From assembly GCA_964106645.2 (NCBI GenBank), contig OZ078259.1: 64,000 nt of DNA, one strand, 5' to 3'. The stretch comes from Podarcis pityusensis (Eukaryota). The notes under the pieces were generated by a model. That model saw only the letters and a program-made list of their open reading frames with translations. It searched no databases and was not told the DNA's origin. Made by a program: the position numbers and the translations under genes. Of the stretch, positions 50,097-62,032 are shown in pieces. Each line of letters begins with the position of its first letter. Position 1 is the first letter of the stretch.

Positions 50097-50693
50097 GCTA
50101 TGGATGGAGGGATCTGTCAATTTTGTTTCTCATTGTTTCCAATCTTAAATCGAGTTGCCTATATTTCTGCAGCAATTTGCTTTTTAAAAAAAAAATCATG
50201 AAAATTCTTCAGCATCTTAGTGCAAATTTCTTCTAAGTACATTTTTGTCTGCACATTTTTTACAAGCAGTTTTTCCTAATATGTGTTTTTGTATGTTATT
50301 TTCATCCTCCCTTGTTACAGTCTCTGTTTAAATGAAGAGCAGATCAAAGGGATTGAATAAGAAATAATGTTATTAAAGAACTATGTACAACAAGTCTTTT
50401 CTCCTTTAGCTACTTTCTCAGTCTGGTTTCTAACCCCAGCTCCTGCTTGGACCTGACCTCCTGACCTATATATGGGAGGTGCCCTTAAAAGTATACTCAC
50501 ATTTATCCTTGCATGCCCTTAATACTTGCATTTCTATAAACATTGTTTGGCTGGAGAACTGCATCACGAAATTTCAGTAAGTGCAGACATCGAAAGATGG
50601 CCGTGTTCCAATTCTCATATCGTTTCAGAAAGTGCAGGTTTGTTAGATTCAGCTTTAAATGTGAACAGAATCAAATTTCTTCCCTATCCCTAG
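50097..50693. mobile_element. AT-rich dispersed repeat family (probably DNA-transposon-derived)
   Basis: catgaaaattcttcagcatcttag...ttccctatccctag; relatives near 1340, 34790, 35860-36960, 45730-46385, 51870 and 60320. Confidence 0.55.
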
Positions 50694-51594
50694 GCTAAGC
50701 GTATCTGCCTCTGCATGGAGAATGTCCCAGATTCAAATTCTAGCACTTCAGGTATCTTTTTTTAAGGATGAGATGGCAGGTTATGGGGAAAACATTCAAT
50801 TTACTGAACTCAGCTGGCCCCCACCAGCCTGTCTTAATTAATTACATTCAGTCCAGGAATGGGAGCTGCCCATCAGCTTCCTCCTCCTTCATCTCTGGCT
50901 CAGGACTACCCTTGTAGAACTCAGCAGGCAGGATGATAGGACAGCCCGGAATTAGTTGGCTTTGCTGCCTGTCATTGGTTCTGGCTTCACATACTGTTTG
51001 GCCTCCCTGCCTGCTGCCCTACTAGTCACAGTGGGCATAAACCACCACTGCCTGCCAGCCTATTCCCATCCCCCTTTAATGGAGATATTGGGAATTGAAT
51101 CTGGAACATCCTCCATGCAAGGCAACTGCTTTCCACTCAGGGATGATCCTTCCCAAAGTGCACTGTGCTGAACCTCTGAATAGCTGCTGATTCTCAGGGT
51201 AGATGATATTGGGCTTGATGAATGAAGGAAAGCCTGACATGGTTGGTGTGAAATTAGACACATTCCCTTGGGAACTGTTCTTACAGGGGCTGCAATTAGC
51301 ATGATTACAATCACTTGGGAGACACTTGAGTCTGAGAGGGACCTGTGCACCTGGAAGCATGTCCTCAAGATGAATCCATGGTACCAGTGCAATTCTCTGA
51401 CTCAGAGGGTTCCATTGCAGAAACCCCAATACAATCAATGTTTCCCTACTCTGGGGGAGTAAAAGACTGCTGGAGAGGATTGAGCCCCCTTATGCAAAGA
51501 GATATTTTTCAGTAAAGGCAGAGTTTGCAATTGAGATTTGCAATTGAGAAACTGCTGCTCCTTCATCAGAATTCTTTCTTTTAGCATTGCTTTT

Positions 51595-51862
51595 GGTGAG
51601 CTCCCATTGCTTAGTCCCTGCTCCTGCCAACATAACAGTTCGAAAGCATGTCAAAGTGCAAGTAGATAAATAGGTACTACTCTGGCAGGAAGGTAAATGG
51701 CGTTTCCGTGCGCTGCTCTGGTTCACCAGAAGCGGCTTAGTCATGCTGGCCACATGACCCGGAAGCTATACGCCGGCTCCTTTGGCCAGTAAAGCGAGAT
51801 GAGCACCGCAACCCCAGAGTTGGGCACGACTGGACCTAACAGTCAGGGGTCCCTTTACCTTT
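51595..51862 (+). mobile_element. 5'-truncated Sauria SINE
   Basis: gtgagctcccattgc...agttcgaaagc...gtccctttaccttt. Confidence 0.85.
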
Positions 51863-53782
51863 GCACATATTTTAACAAATGCATGCACTAGGTTAAAGGA
51901 TGCATAAAAACACACATTTATTGGTGAAAAATAATGTGTATAAATACATTATATAGGGGAAAATAGAATTATATTGGTTTGCAAAAATGTGTACATTGGG
52001 AAAAATGCATACTAACATGTGCACATTAGGATAAATTTGTACTAAAATCCTGATTAATTTTCATGAGGACTTAAAAAACAACATACCCTCACACTGATGT
52101 GGAAACGTGTAGAACTGAATTTCAGATTGGAACAATTAGAAACTGAGAGAAACCAAAACTTGCCCATCCTTACTTGGAACACTCTTATCTTACCTGCAAA
52201 CACAAAAATGGGGAATATGACTAGGGGAGGAGAGCCTGGTGTTGTTGACCACATCTCCCAGTATCTCACCATTGACCATCCTGGCTGAGGGTAATGGGAT
52301 TTGTAGTCCAAAACTAGGTTGGAGAATGCTGTCCTTGGTCTATTTGGCTGCAAATTGCCTATTTCAGCTGGTAACAACTCTCCAAAGTCTCTGGCAGAAG
52401 CCTTTTCTATCACCTGCTCCCTTACCATTTCACTGAAGATGGGAGATGGGGTTGAAATGGTTTCTTCTTTATCAAGTATGGACAACCTGTTGCCCTCCAG
52501 ATGTTGTTCCATGCCAACTCATTGATGATGGGAGTCTAGCATCTTCTGCAGGTCCACAGGTTCCCCACTCATGTTCTACATACATAACATATAATCTACC
52601 ACCGGTATAATCGGTTTCCTGAAAATAGCTAGATGTCTCAATGGTCTAACTCACTATAAGGCACCTTTGCTCATGCAAGGGTCCACCCCCCCCCCCAGGA
52701 GGCATTAAGAAGCTCCATCACAAAGTTGGTCCAAGGTCCATGGAAGCCTTACTTGATTTTTTCAGTAGATTTCCAACAGGGCACTCAAATTCTGTAGGCA
52801 ATCTACTCTTGTTTGGTTTCAGTGAAATGGTAGGTTGCTTCTCCCAAGGATGCACAAGACGCAGTTATATAGGGAAAAGAGGTGGGTGGGGGGAAGATCC
52901 TCCAGAAACCTGTCCAGGAATGGTGAAATTACAACGTTCCCACTAAATCTCTAGCAGCGTCACCTTCTAGGTCAGGAGAAAATGGTTTAACATAAATGTG
53001 AAGTGTAAGAAAATATGGTTTGGTCTGAGTGCCATTCTGGAGGGGAGCACAGGGAATTTATACGCTGAGGCAGCAAAGCAGACACTTTAGCCTTGGTCTA
53101 TTTGTCCACCTTGAAGTATTCAACATGGATTTGACAAAACGTTAAGAATGATGAATGAGGTATAAATAAAAGGTCCTTTTAAAACTGCCTGCCATCAATG
53201 GATTAAGTGGAACAGCTGTGAATTTAACAGTGGACAATGTGCAATCTCCTGGGACTTCACTGTGAACCACAGCCAGTTTCCATTGATTACTTGGGGAAAT
53301 GGACCATAATAAACCTTCCATTCTACAATTGTTAATTGTGACAAAAACATACAACCAAAACTCACCAAAACCCAACCTCTAGAACTGGACAGGACTCTCT
53401 TCAGATTGTTGCTAAACTATATATACATAATAATTGTTTTGTTTGTTCCTTATTCTGATTAATAGTAGAATGAGGAAGATATATATGAATCTGTGATAAA
53501 TAAAGACTCTGTCTGCAGCTGACATGAGAATACTATCTTTTCATTATCAGAAATCATTTTTCTGCATGACGCTTGACATGAGGATGAGCGTAGTTCAACT
53601 GATGAGGAGTCACAATCTTTTTTCAATATCAAGTCTAATTTATATTTTTATTGCTTACATTTTGTATTTATATGGAGATTGTAAAATAAGAAAAGAAAGA
53701 AAGAAAGAAAGAAAGGGGGATAAAAGACTGCAGTGCTGTAGTTCTATGCTCACTTAGGCCCCATCTGTATGATACATGTCAC

Positions 53783-53932
53783 AGAATCTAGAATAATAGA
53801 ATTGTTGAGTTGGAAGGGACCCCAAGGGTCATCTAGTCCAACCCCCTGCAGTGCAGGAATATTTTGCCCAATTTGGGGCTCAAACCCACAACCCTGGGGT
53901 CAAGAGTCTCATGCTCTACTGACTGAGCTATC
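53783..53932 (-). mobile_element. tRNA-Lys-like SINE with CR1 3' tail
   Basis: Minus strand gatagctcagtcagtagagcatgagactcttga...gggtttgagcccc, then cctgcactgcagggggttggactagatgacc...ggtcccttccaactc. Confidence 0.75.
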
Positions 53933-54806
53933 TGTTTGACAAGCACTATTGTACCACTTTTAAAAGTCATGGCTTCCTGCAAAAAATCCTGGGACCTGCA
54001 GTGTGTTAAAGGTGCTGAGAGTTGTTAGGAGATCCATATTCCCCCACAGAGAGCTACAATTCCCACATTCCCTGGGGAGAGAGATTGATTGTTAAACCAC
54101 TTTGGGAATTCCCTTGATTTCTCAATTTGAGTCTCCTGTTTCAGTTGCAGTGTTGCCTTAATATGATTGTTTTATTGTGTGTTTTAATTATGGATGCTTA
54201 TAATTTAATGTCTGTATAATGGATTTTTTTATATTTTGTAAACTGTTTTAGAAGCTTATTTTAGCATTAAGCAGTGGCACAAAAATAACAACCCATAAGA
54301 AACAATTAATAATTAATAAACAATCCATAGGAAATTCAACATATTTTCCAGACTTAAGACTAAGACACCGCTACAGACAAAAATATTGTTGTTTTGGTTC
54401 ACTGTTGGTTTGGGAAATGGAAATGAGAGTGGTTTCCATTAAGCTGCAATGGGGGGTGGGGGAAACCACCCGTCCTCTCCCCTATTGCAAGGCTTGGTGC
54501 AAATACAGTATGCTTGTTTTCCAGCACCCTACATTTACAGATATTCACTGGATCGAAGCACTCACCTTTCAGCCATATCTCTTTCCCCAGCAGCAGCAAT
54601 AAATGAATTATATTTGGAAGAATGTGTTCATTATAACCTTTTGGGATCAGTTTCCAAATTGGAAGCCCCCTTTCTGGAAGTCCACAAAAGTTGCCCTTTG
54701 TCATAATAATCTTGACCTTTACCAGTTAATTAGTCATTCTTCTATAACCTAGTCTTCCTCGTTCTAACATTTGGTATAAGCTGCCTTGTCTCTCAGGAAG
54801 ATTAGT

Positions 54807-55597
54807 TTGCGTGATCAGGCTGCGACAGCTCCAGCCCCCAGGGATCATAAGAAAGGAATAAAGACTCCAACAACGTGTTATGGAATTAAAATTAGGCTGG
54901 AACTTTATTAAACTTCCAAATGTAGGAAGACCTTGGCTTAGGCCTTGGGCGTGTATCCCTCCCAGCCCCCTGGCCGGGGGAACTGGGGCACAATAGGGTA
55001 AATGTGATATAGGGGTACACTGTGAGACGTATGTGTACGCAGGCAGCCCAGCCCATATCCTCACATGCAGGGTAGTTCACTGACAACTTTTCGGTGTATG
55101 GCCAGTGACACCCATATATATAACCCCTTTTAAGAGGGGACCCTGGAATTGCTGCCGTGGGGGGGGTGAGTCACCACTTCACGCCCCCCCATTATAGGGA
55201 GGAAAAGACTAAAGGATTCCACCCAAGACCATAAACCACCCAAGTTGTGACAAATTGCTACTGGGAAGACAAAACCTGCCAATGCAGGAAAATTTCTTTC
55301 CGGTCCTTCAACAGCAACCAGTCAAAGACCACAGCAGCGCCCACTAAACAGGAAGAAAAAGTTGACCTGCAATCAAGAAAACATTAAACTAAGGGAGGGT
55401 AGGGTGGGTGAATCTCCTGAACCGACTGCCTGGCTACTGTTGGCTGCACCCCCTATTTATAAATGGGGCTGGCCCCACCTCCCGGCAGTAAAACTTGACT
55501 ACCAAGTCTGGGCGTGAACCTCCAAATATTAACACTGAGAGGCAGGCCAGCCACTGTTTGCCATTAAGCTCCCTGGGAACTGTAGGACTGCGTGCAA
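54807..55597 (-). mobile_element. Non-autonomous DIRS/Ngaro-like repeat, copy 3 (most divergent)
   Basis: Minus strand ttgcacg...cacgcaa, TATAAAT, tagcaatttgtcacaactt, aataaagtt; no TSD. Confidence 0.6.
55261..55302 (-). other. ENE-like U-rich internal-loop RNA structure
   Basis: GGAAAGA-AAUUUU-CCUGC-AUUG-GCAGG-UUUUG-UCUUCCC. Confidence 0.55.
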
Positions 55598-57334
55598 TCT
55601 CACAAAGGGCACCCACAATGTAAAGTGTGAGTGTTCATTCTTTCACGGAATAAGTCCTTTTTGTATTTTTTTAAAAAATTCTTCTGATACAAGCTGAAAC
55701 TAGGAGGGTTTATCCTCCTTCGGTGCCCTATCACAGTAGTCCTTTTCACACAGTCCTCCAACTGTGTAGGCAGTCCCTCAGACCTCTCGTGCTCAGGTGT
55801 TAGGGATGGGTTAATATAATTTTACTGTAGTGGTTAATTTGCTTCAAATAAGCTTCCTTCTCTGAGGCTGAGATTGTTTTGTATGATACAGAGGTCCAAA
55901 GATGCCACAAGGCTAAATCAGAAAAGCACTGTCCTAGTTCTGTCTCCCAAACACTTTGCCTCTGGTACAATCCTGAGACCAGCCCCTTTGTATGGGTAGT
56001 GTACAGGCAACTCCCCATTTATGCTCATTCAAGACACATGTGACCGCACATGCGTGCATTGTCACAAACCTGGAAGTGACATGAAGAGGGGCAAAAACAG
56101 TCCTATAAGAGCACAAAAATGGCATGAAAACAGCATCTAGCAATGCCATGAGCCTTTGCAAGTGCCATCCCAGGAGACTTTGCACCAACGTCTGAGACCT
56201 TTGGAGAGTTGGAGTTGTCTGTAAGCAAGTACACGTCACAATGGCAAGTGAGAGAATGATGTATCCTGATGCGTGATGCTGTTCTGCACAGTGCAGCAAT
56301 CAAACACACCATATTACCAAGAATGCACTTCAGAGCTCTTTCACACATTAAAATTTGGCCATATCCAAACTTTCATCCAAATTTATACAGTCACAGTCAT
56401 AAAACAGCTGCCTGATTCTATAATGACATCAACCTGCCCACCAGTAATTATGATTGATTAGAGTATAGGGATCAGATTTTCATAATTTCCATCTCAATCG
56501 TATGGGGCTTCCTCTCAAATAATGATGCACAGGACTACAGCCAAACTCTGAGGATTGTTATATAACACTTGCACAAAGCAAAGCTCGGCAAGAGAGACCC
56601 TCTTTTCAACTTTTGACTTGGCTGATGGAACTTTTAAGTTGTTTTACTATAAGCTTCTTGCTTCAATTTTGTTGCAAAGGTTTTAGCTTTTTGAAAAGCT
56701 TCCCAGAGTGATAAGGGAAGATATGAGGGTCATACTAGCATATAAGGGTTTATTTGTTGCTGCTCCCATCATGAGCATAGTCAGGCTCAGTGGAATAAAT
56801 TGAAATGATAGAAAGAATGTATGCATGCTGTCCACACCCCCCAGTTGACTGAGATTAACTGGAGCAGCATCAGACTTGGCTATTCAGTTTAGAACCTTTT
56901 CTTACATTCATTTGTTAATTCACTTATCTCACTTCTGCTCCATCCTTTAAGTCAAGTTAGCTTCCAAAGAGGCTTACAGCAATTGAAACCAGTCGCAAAG
57001 ATGCAATGTAAGGCATCAGGGATTAAAAATGTTGTACGTTTTGTCCCGATACATATCTGTTAAAGAAATGTATTTTTCCTGTTTTGTTACTCTCACATTT
57101 TGCATAGCAAACTGCAATCCTATGTGTATGTGTGTATTTCCTAATGGTGAGTCTTCATGTAAATCATGCAAATAATACTGCCATGTTTTCTTAGGGAACA
57201 TAAAGTCAAAAACCCAGTCTTACGTGTGAGATTTTCAGGGCAATCCTATGCATTTTTAGAAGTACATTTCACTGGGTTCAATGGAGCTTGCCTTCAAGTA
57301 CCGTAAATTGTATGCAAGTTACATCATCATCATC

Positions 57335-57755
57335 ACAACAACAATTTATTTTTTATATCCCACCCATCTGGCTGGGTTCCCAAATCCACCCTGGACAGCT
57401 CCCTATAGAATACCAAAAACAACAATAAAAAAGCGTTTAAACAACAAAAATTAAAAACTTCCCTAGACAGGGCTGCCTTCAGATGTCTTCTAAAAGTCAG
57501 GTGGTTGTTTATTTCCTTGACATCTGATGGGAGGTTGTTCCACAGGGCAGGTGCCACTACCAATAAGGCCTTCTGCCTGGTTCCCTGTAACTTCTCACAG
57601 TGAGGGAACCGCCAGAAGGGCCTCGGCACTGGAACTCAGTGTCCGGACAGAATGATGGGGGTGGAGACGCTCCTTCAGGTATACTGGGCTGAGGCAGTTT
57701 AGGGCTTTAAAGGTCAGCACCAACATTTTGAATTGGGCTCAGAAACGTACTGGTA
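57335..57755 (-). mobile_element. L2 LINE 3' end
   Basis: Encodes TRQKALLVVAPALWNNLPSDVKEINNHLTFRRHLKAAL, then tail. Confidence 0.8.
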
Positions 57756-58089
57756 GATATTCACAACTTTGAAAATTGGTGTCAACAACTGCCACTTGCA
57801 TTTGCATGAAGTGGCAACTAGCAAATATGCAAACAGCAGCAATTTCCTCATTCACTTCTGTTTCAGTTGGGATTTTTTCACCTCCCTATCAGGGATACAT
57901 GGGAGGGTTATGCATGGTAAGGGAGTGAATGGGGCCTGGAAATACTTGCTTCTTTTGGTGTAGACTTATTTCACAGAATCCAGCGTGTCACCCATGAGTT
58001 CACATATGCCCACTGAGGCCTTCCCTGGCATTGGCATTGGCAGCACCCAATCTCCATGCCTCCCTTGCTGAAATAAGGCTGGGGGGATT

Positions 58090-58440
58090 TTTGTTGCCCA
58101 TTTCTGGGATGAGATATTTGAAACGTTTGAAAGATCTGTTTAAAAACCTCCTGGTGTTGTATTATTGGGTATAGTCAGTAGAGACAACCAAGGAATTACT
58201 ATATAAATATTAAATGCTTACTTGTTAATAGCAGCAAGAATATTCTTAGCTAGAAACTGGAGAGAAGCAAAGGGTTTAAATGCACAAAAAGGTTATGATG
58301 TAATTTGGGACATAGCACTTTCTGAAAAATTGACACAAAAACCTTTTGTGGTTAAAGGGCAAAAAAGCCCGAGAGACTTTTATGGTGGAGTGGTGGCCAT
58401 TCATCCAGCACATGAACAAAGACTCTGCAGGACAAACTGT
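58090..58440 (+). mobile_element. Old L1/Tx1-like ORF2 C-terminal fragment
   Basis: LLIAARIFLARNWR...IWDIALSEKLT resembles the L1 C-terminus near 18540. Confidence 0.5.
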
Positions 58441-58811
58441 ACCTGCTGCATTCCATAATATATGGTTGTGTTAACATTTTCCTTTATACTTCTCCATCAG
58501 CAACTTTCAGACTCTGTACTTCAGTGTTTGTATGAATTTTGCTATTATTGTTTAGAGCTGAATTATACTTTCAGGTTGGATAAAAGGGGTGAGGTGGAGT
58601 GGGGTGTTCAGTCCACCCCCCACTTTTCAATAAAAGAAAAATAATTTTTGGCTCTTTCTTCCAGCCTAATTGTTGGTTTGGGGGAGGGGAAGAGGAGCAA
58701 TTTTCCTGGAGATTGCAGTTATGAGGGAAAGTTGACTCTTTCCTTAGTAGCTCCACTCTCCAGCAGGATCACACAGACACACCCAATCGTTTAAAAAAGT
58801 AAAAGTACTGT

Positions 58812-58950
58812 ATTAGACTTTTGGAAGACATCTGAAGGCTTCAGGGAAGTTTTTGATGGTTGGTGTTTTACTATTCTTTTAATAACTTGTTTGGAGCTGC
58901 CCAGAGTGGCTGGGGTAACCCAGTGGGATTGGTGGAGCATAAATAATAAT
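58812..58950 (+). mobile_element. L2 3' tail
   Basis: gaagacatctgaaggc...gctgcccagagtggctgggg, same family as 57335. Confidence 0.65.
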
Positions 58951-58959
58951 TTTTTGTTG

Positions 58960-59092
58960 TTGCCTCAAGAGACAATGGAAGAGTGTGTCATCAGGGGTAA
59001 AGTCAAACTACTGGAAAGTTACAGTGCTTGCTGTGGCTGTAGAGACCAAATCAGGAGAGACATGTTTTAGTGCAGCTGGGGCAGACGAAGGC
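58960..59092 (-). mobile_element. RTE LINE 3' tail
   Basis: Reverse complement matches 24160-24285. Confidence 0.65.
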
Positions 59093-60645
59093 TTCCCCAA
59101 AGACAACACACACATAGCCCTCCTTTGAAATATCCGCCCATCTTCTGTTTATCAATACTCATTGCATCTCACCCATAAAATGAAATGGAACATACAGGAT
59201 AAAGAACTAAATTTTATTCTTCAGAATAAAGAATCTCTTTCCCTCCACTGTTTCTTTCCTGAAAACAAATTAGGCAATTACAACAAAGAATCTTGGTTCT
59301 GTATTTTAATGTGCTGAATGTAGTCATCCTTTTCTAGGCAAGGATAAGCTATCACCATCTCTTTGATATAGTGGAATAAATAAATGGGCTTCCTGGAACT
59401 GAGGAGGTATTTAAAGTTGCTTATGTCTGTGAACAAAATCTCACAGTTTCAATGACAAGTTATTCATGCGCCTCCTGTGTCACTGATAATTGTTATTAAT
59501 GGATTGTACGTTGTTCTCCCCTGCAGAGCAGAAAAAAGCCTAAATAAGTAAAATTAATAACTCTATTGCAATGCATTGTACAGATAAACCAGTAATTGCA
59601 AGGTCAGATTGGCCTACACAGATCGATTGTTAACTGGTTATCCTATAATGAAAGCACAGACCTCTGACAGTCATTTATTTATAATGTTTCTCATAAAAAG
59701 TTTGGATTGATTGCCTGCAAGTGCATCTGGTGAACTCAGAACGATTAACATTCAAAATAATGAAATATTAAACACAAATTGAGAATCCATAGTAGAGTTA
59801 GTTGAAAGAACTTATAACTACTCTTTCATTTCTTGTTGCAACAGTGGGGTAAATTAATTAAAACTCAATAGTTTTCTATATTTTTCTTAGAATTAAGTTA
59901 ATTAACAATCTGTGGTCTGCCAGTCTTAATCCTGGCAAGAATGTGGCTTTTAAAATCACTTGCTCCTTCCTGCTCCTGCCCTGATTGTTGTCTAACCCTA
60001 TTCCCAAATTTGTTTTGAACTGAAATATGTAAGGGAATCATCTAGCCCAGGGAAAGAGAACCTGTGGCTCTCAGGAATTAGTTGAATTTCCTTCCAGGTT
60101 AGATGAGAAGAATTGGCACAATGCTGGGTATCACTCTGTAGGGCTGGTTCCAGCTTTTGAGGGCCCATTGGGCAAGGAGTCCCCAATCTCTCATGCTCTC
60201 CAAGGCACCACTGCCTGCTCACTTGCCCTCTCCATTTGGGCCCAATCCACACAGTTGCCAGGTGGGGGCAGCACATGTCAAGTGGAGGATGCTACTCCTT
60301 CTTCTTGCTAGGAATCTGATTATTTCCAGTTTCTGTTATCTTCTCATTTTTTCATTCTTAAATTCCATTCGCCCCATTTTTGCATATGTTTGCAGATTTT
60401 TAAAGAAAGAAAAATTGAATGCATTTTTATGTGCTTTGCTCCTAATATATTTATTTTTGTTTTCAATTTGGCCTAGTAAGTGCATCTTTTAGAAGTATGC
60501 AACCTTCTCTGTCAACTAGTGCAATGGCTCCTGTGCTGGCGAATGGGTGAGTTTTAATGTTGCACAACAGAGGAATCCAGTGCAATAGCTTTTGCAATCC
60601 ATGGTGCCATGTACTTACCTGATTATGCATTCTGTTGTACTACAA

Positions 60646-60690
60646 TGGTCCGTTGGTACTAAACATTTGGCCCGTTGGTACTAAACATTT
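60646..60690. repeat. 22-bp tandem duplication
   Basis: tgg(t/c)ccgttggtactaaacatt x2. Confidence 0.9.
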
Positions 60691-60778
60691 CACCAGTGGA
60701 ATGGTAAAACAAGCATACCACTAAGAGACTTTAACTTACTGCTATTTTGGAAATAACCAATAGAATGAATGTTTTTAG

Positions 60779-61054
60779 TGTTACATCCCAAGTGGTGCAA
60801 GATTCCAGGGGTCCAGGTACTTACCCAGGGTTTGTGTTTCCTTTGAAAAGGAAGCGCAGGGGAGACTGTGGTGATATATGGTTTATTTACACATATATAC
60901 AACCTGAGTCTACAACAGAGAGGCTTCCAGCATCACACTCCAAACTTGTTCTCTACATGAAGGGATTTTTAAAAAGTTTTTGTTTTAAGAGTATTCAGTT
61001 TTGGGAGTTCCCTCCTGCACCTTGAAATTGCACACCCCAGATGCTAGTTTAACA
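60779..61054 (-). mobile_element. LTR-like repeat
   Basis: tgtta...taaca ends; homologous to 13010-13172; no clear TSD. Confidence 0.45.
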
Positions 61055-61731
61055 ACACAGTAAACCTAGGCTTCTTCTCCCTGTGCATTTTGTGTCTCAT
61101 ACATACATGCTTCTTCTCTCTGTGTGTAAATCTATATGGAGTTTTCCTGCAAAGAGGTGTGGTACAATTATCATTATGTTCAAAAGACAGGAGAATTGGG
61201 TTTCTCAGTTTCCTAGCAACAGAGATATTCTGGGTGACGAAAGAAGAGTGGTGAGCCTGTCCTTCCTGCTTTGAAATAATAGGAAATACGGTAGCTGATG
61301 AGAAGAAGATTTTAAAAGGGAGAAGAAAAAGGTAGGACCACCGGAAGCAGTGTTTTGGCTAGAATCGGGAAGCAAATTCCTGCTGCTTCTTCTTAAGAAC
61401 CAGATTATTATTTTTATTAACTCACAATTGAACCAAAGGACCAATTTTAAAAGCCTGTTTTTGCAAACAGCATGAGCCATTGAATCTAATTTAAATCTTT
61501 TCCAGTCACAAATTTTGCATCGAGTTGGGCTGAATCCTTGTGCTGATATCTAGAAAGCCTCAACACCTTGCACAAGCAAGGCTAGACCAAAACTGATGAT
61601 ACATAGGTGATACTGGGAGCCCAGTTTCTTTGTGCACAGAACCAATATTATAGAGAGAAATATGGTGATTTTGGCCAGGTAGGCATGGCCAAGATTATTG
61701 TCATTATAAAATACAAGCCAGCAAAGCAATA

Positions 61732-61940
61732 CAGTGGTACCTCGGGTTACAGACACTTCAGGTTACAGACTCCGCTAACCCAGAAATAGTACCTTGGGTT
61801 AAAAACTTTGCTTCAGGATGAGAACAGAAATCACACAGCGGCAGCGTGGCGGCAGTGAGAGGCCCCATTAGCTAAATTGGTACCTCAGGTTAAGAATGGA
61901 CCTCCGGAACGAATTAAGTTCTTAACCAGAGGTACCACTG
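61732..61940 (+). mobile_element. Tc1/mariner-type MITE (CAGTGGTACCTC family)
   Basis: TIR plus TA TSD. Confidence 0.9.
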
Positions 61941-61992
61941 TACCTTTCTTTTGGATAAGCATGCATGTTGCATTTTCTCTTTGAAAAATACA

Positions 61993-62029
<37 letters not shown>
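61993..62029. repeat. (AAT)n microsatellite
   Basis: Read directly. Confidence 0.95.

Positions 62030-62032
<3 letters not shown>

Noticed and set aside
53860-53932. tRNA gene (also tRNA-like heads at 2143, 17106, 39990 and 49184)
   Set aside because: Degenerate cloverleafs attached to SINE bodies and tails.
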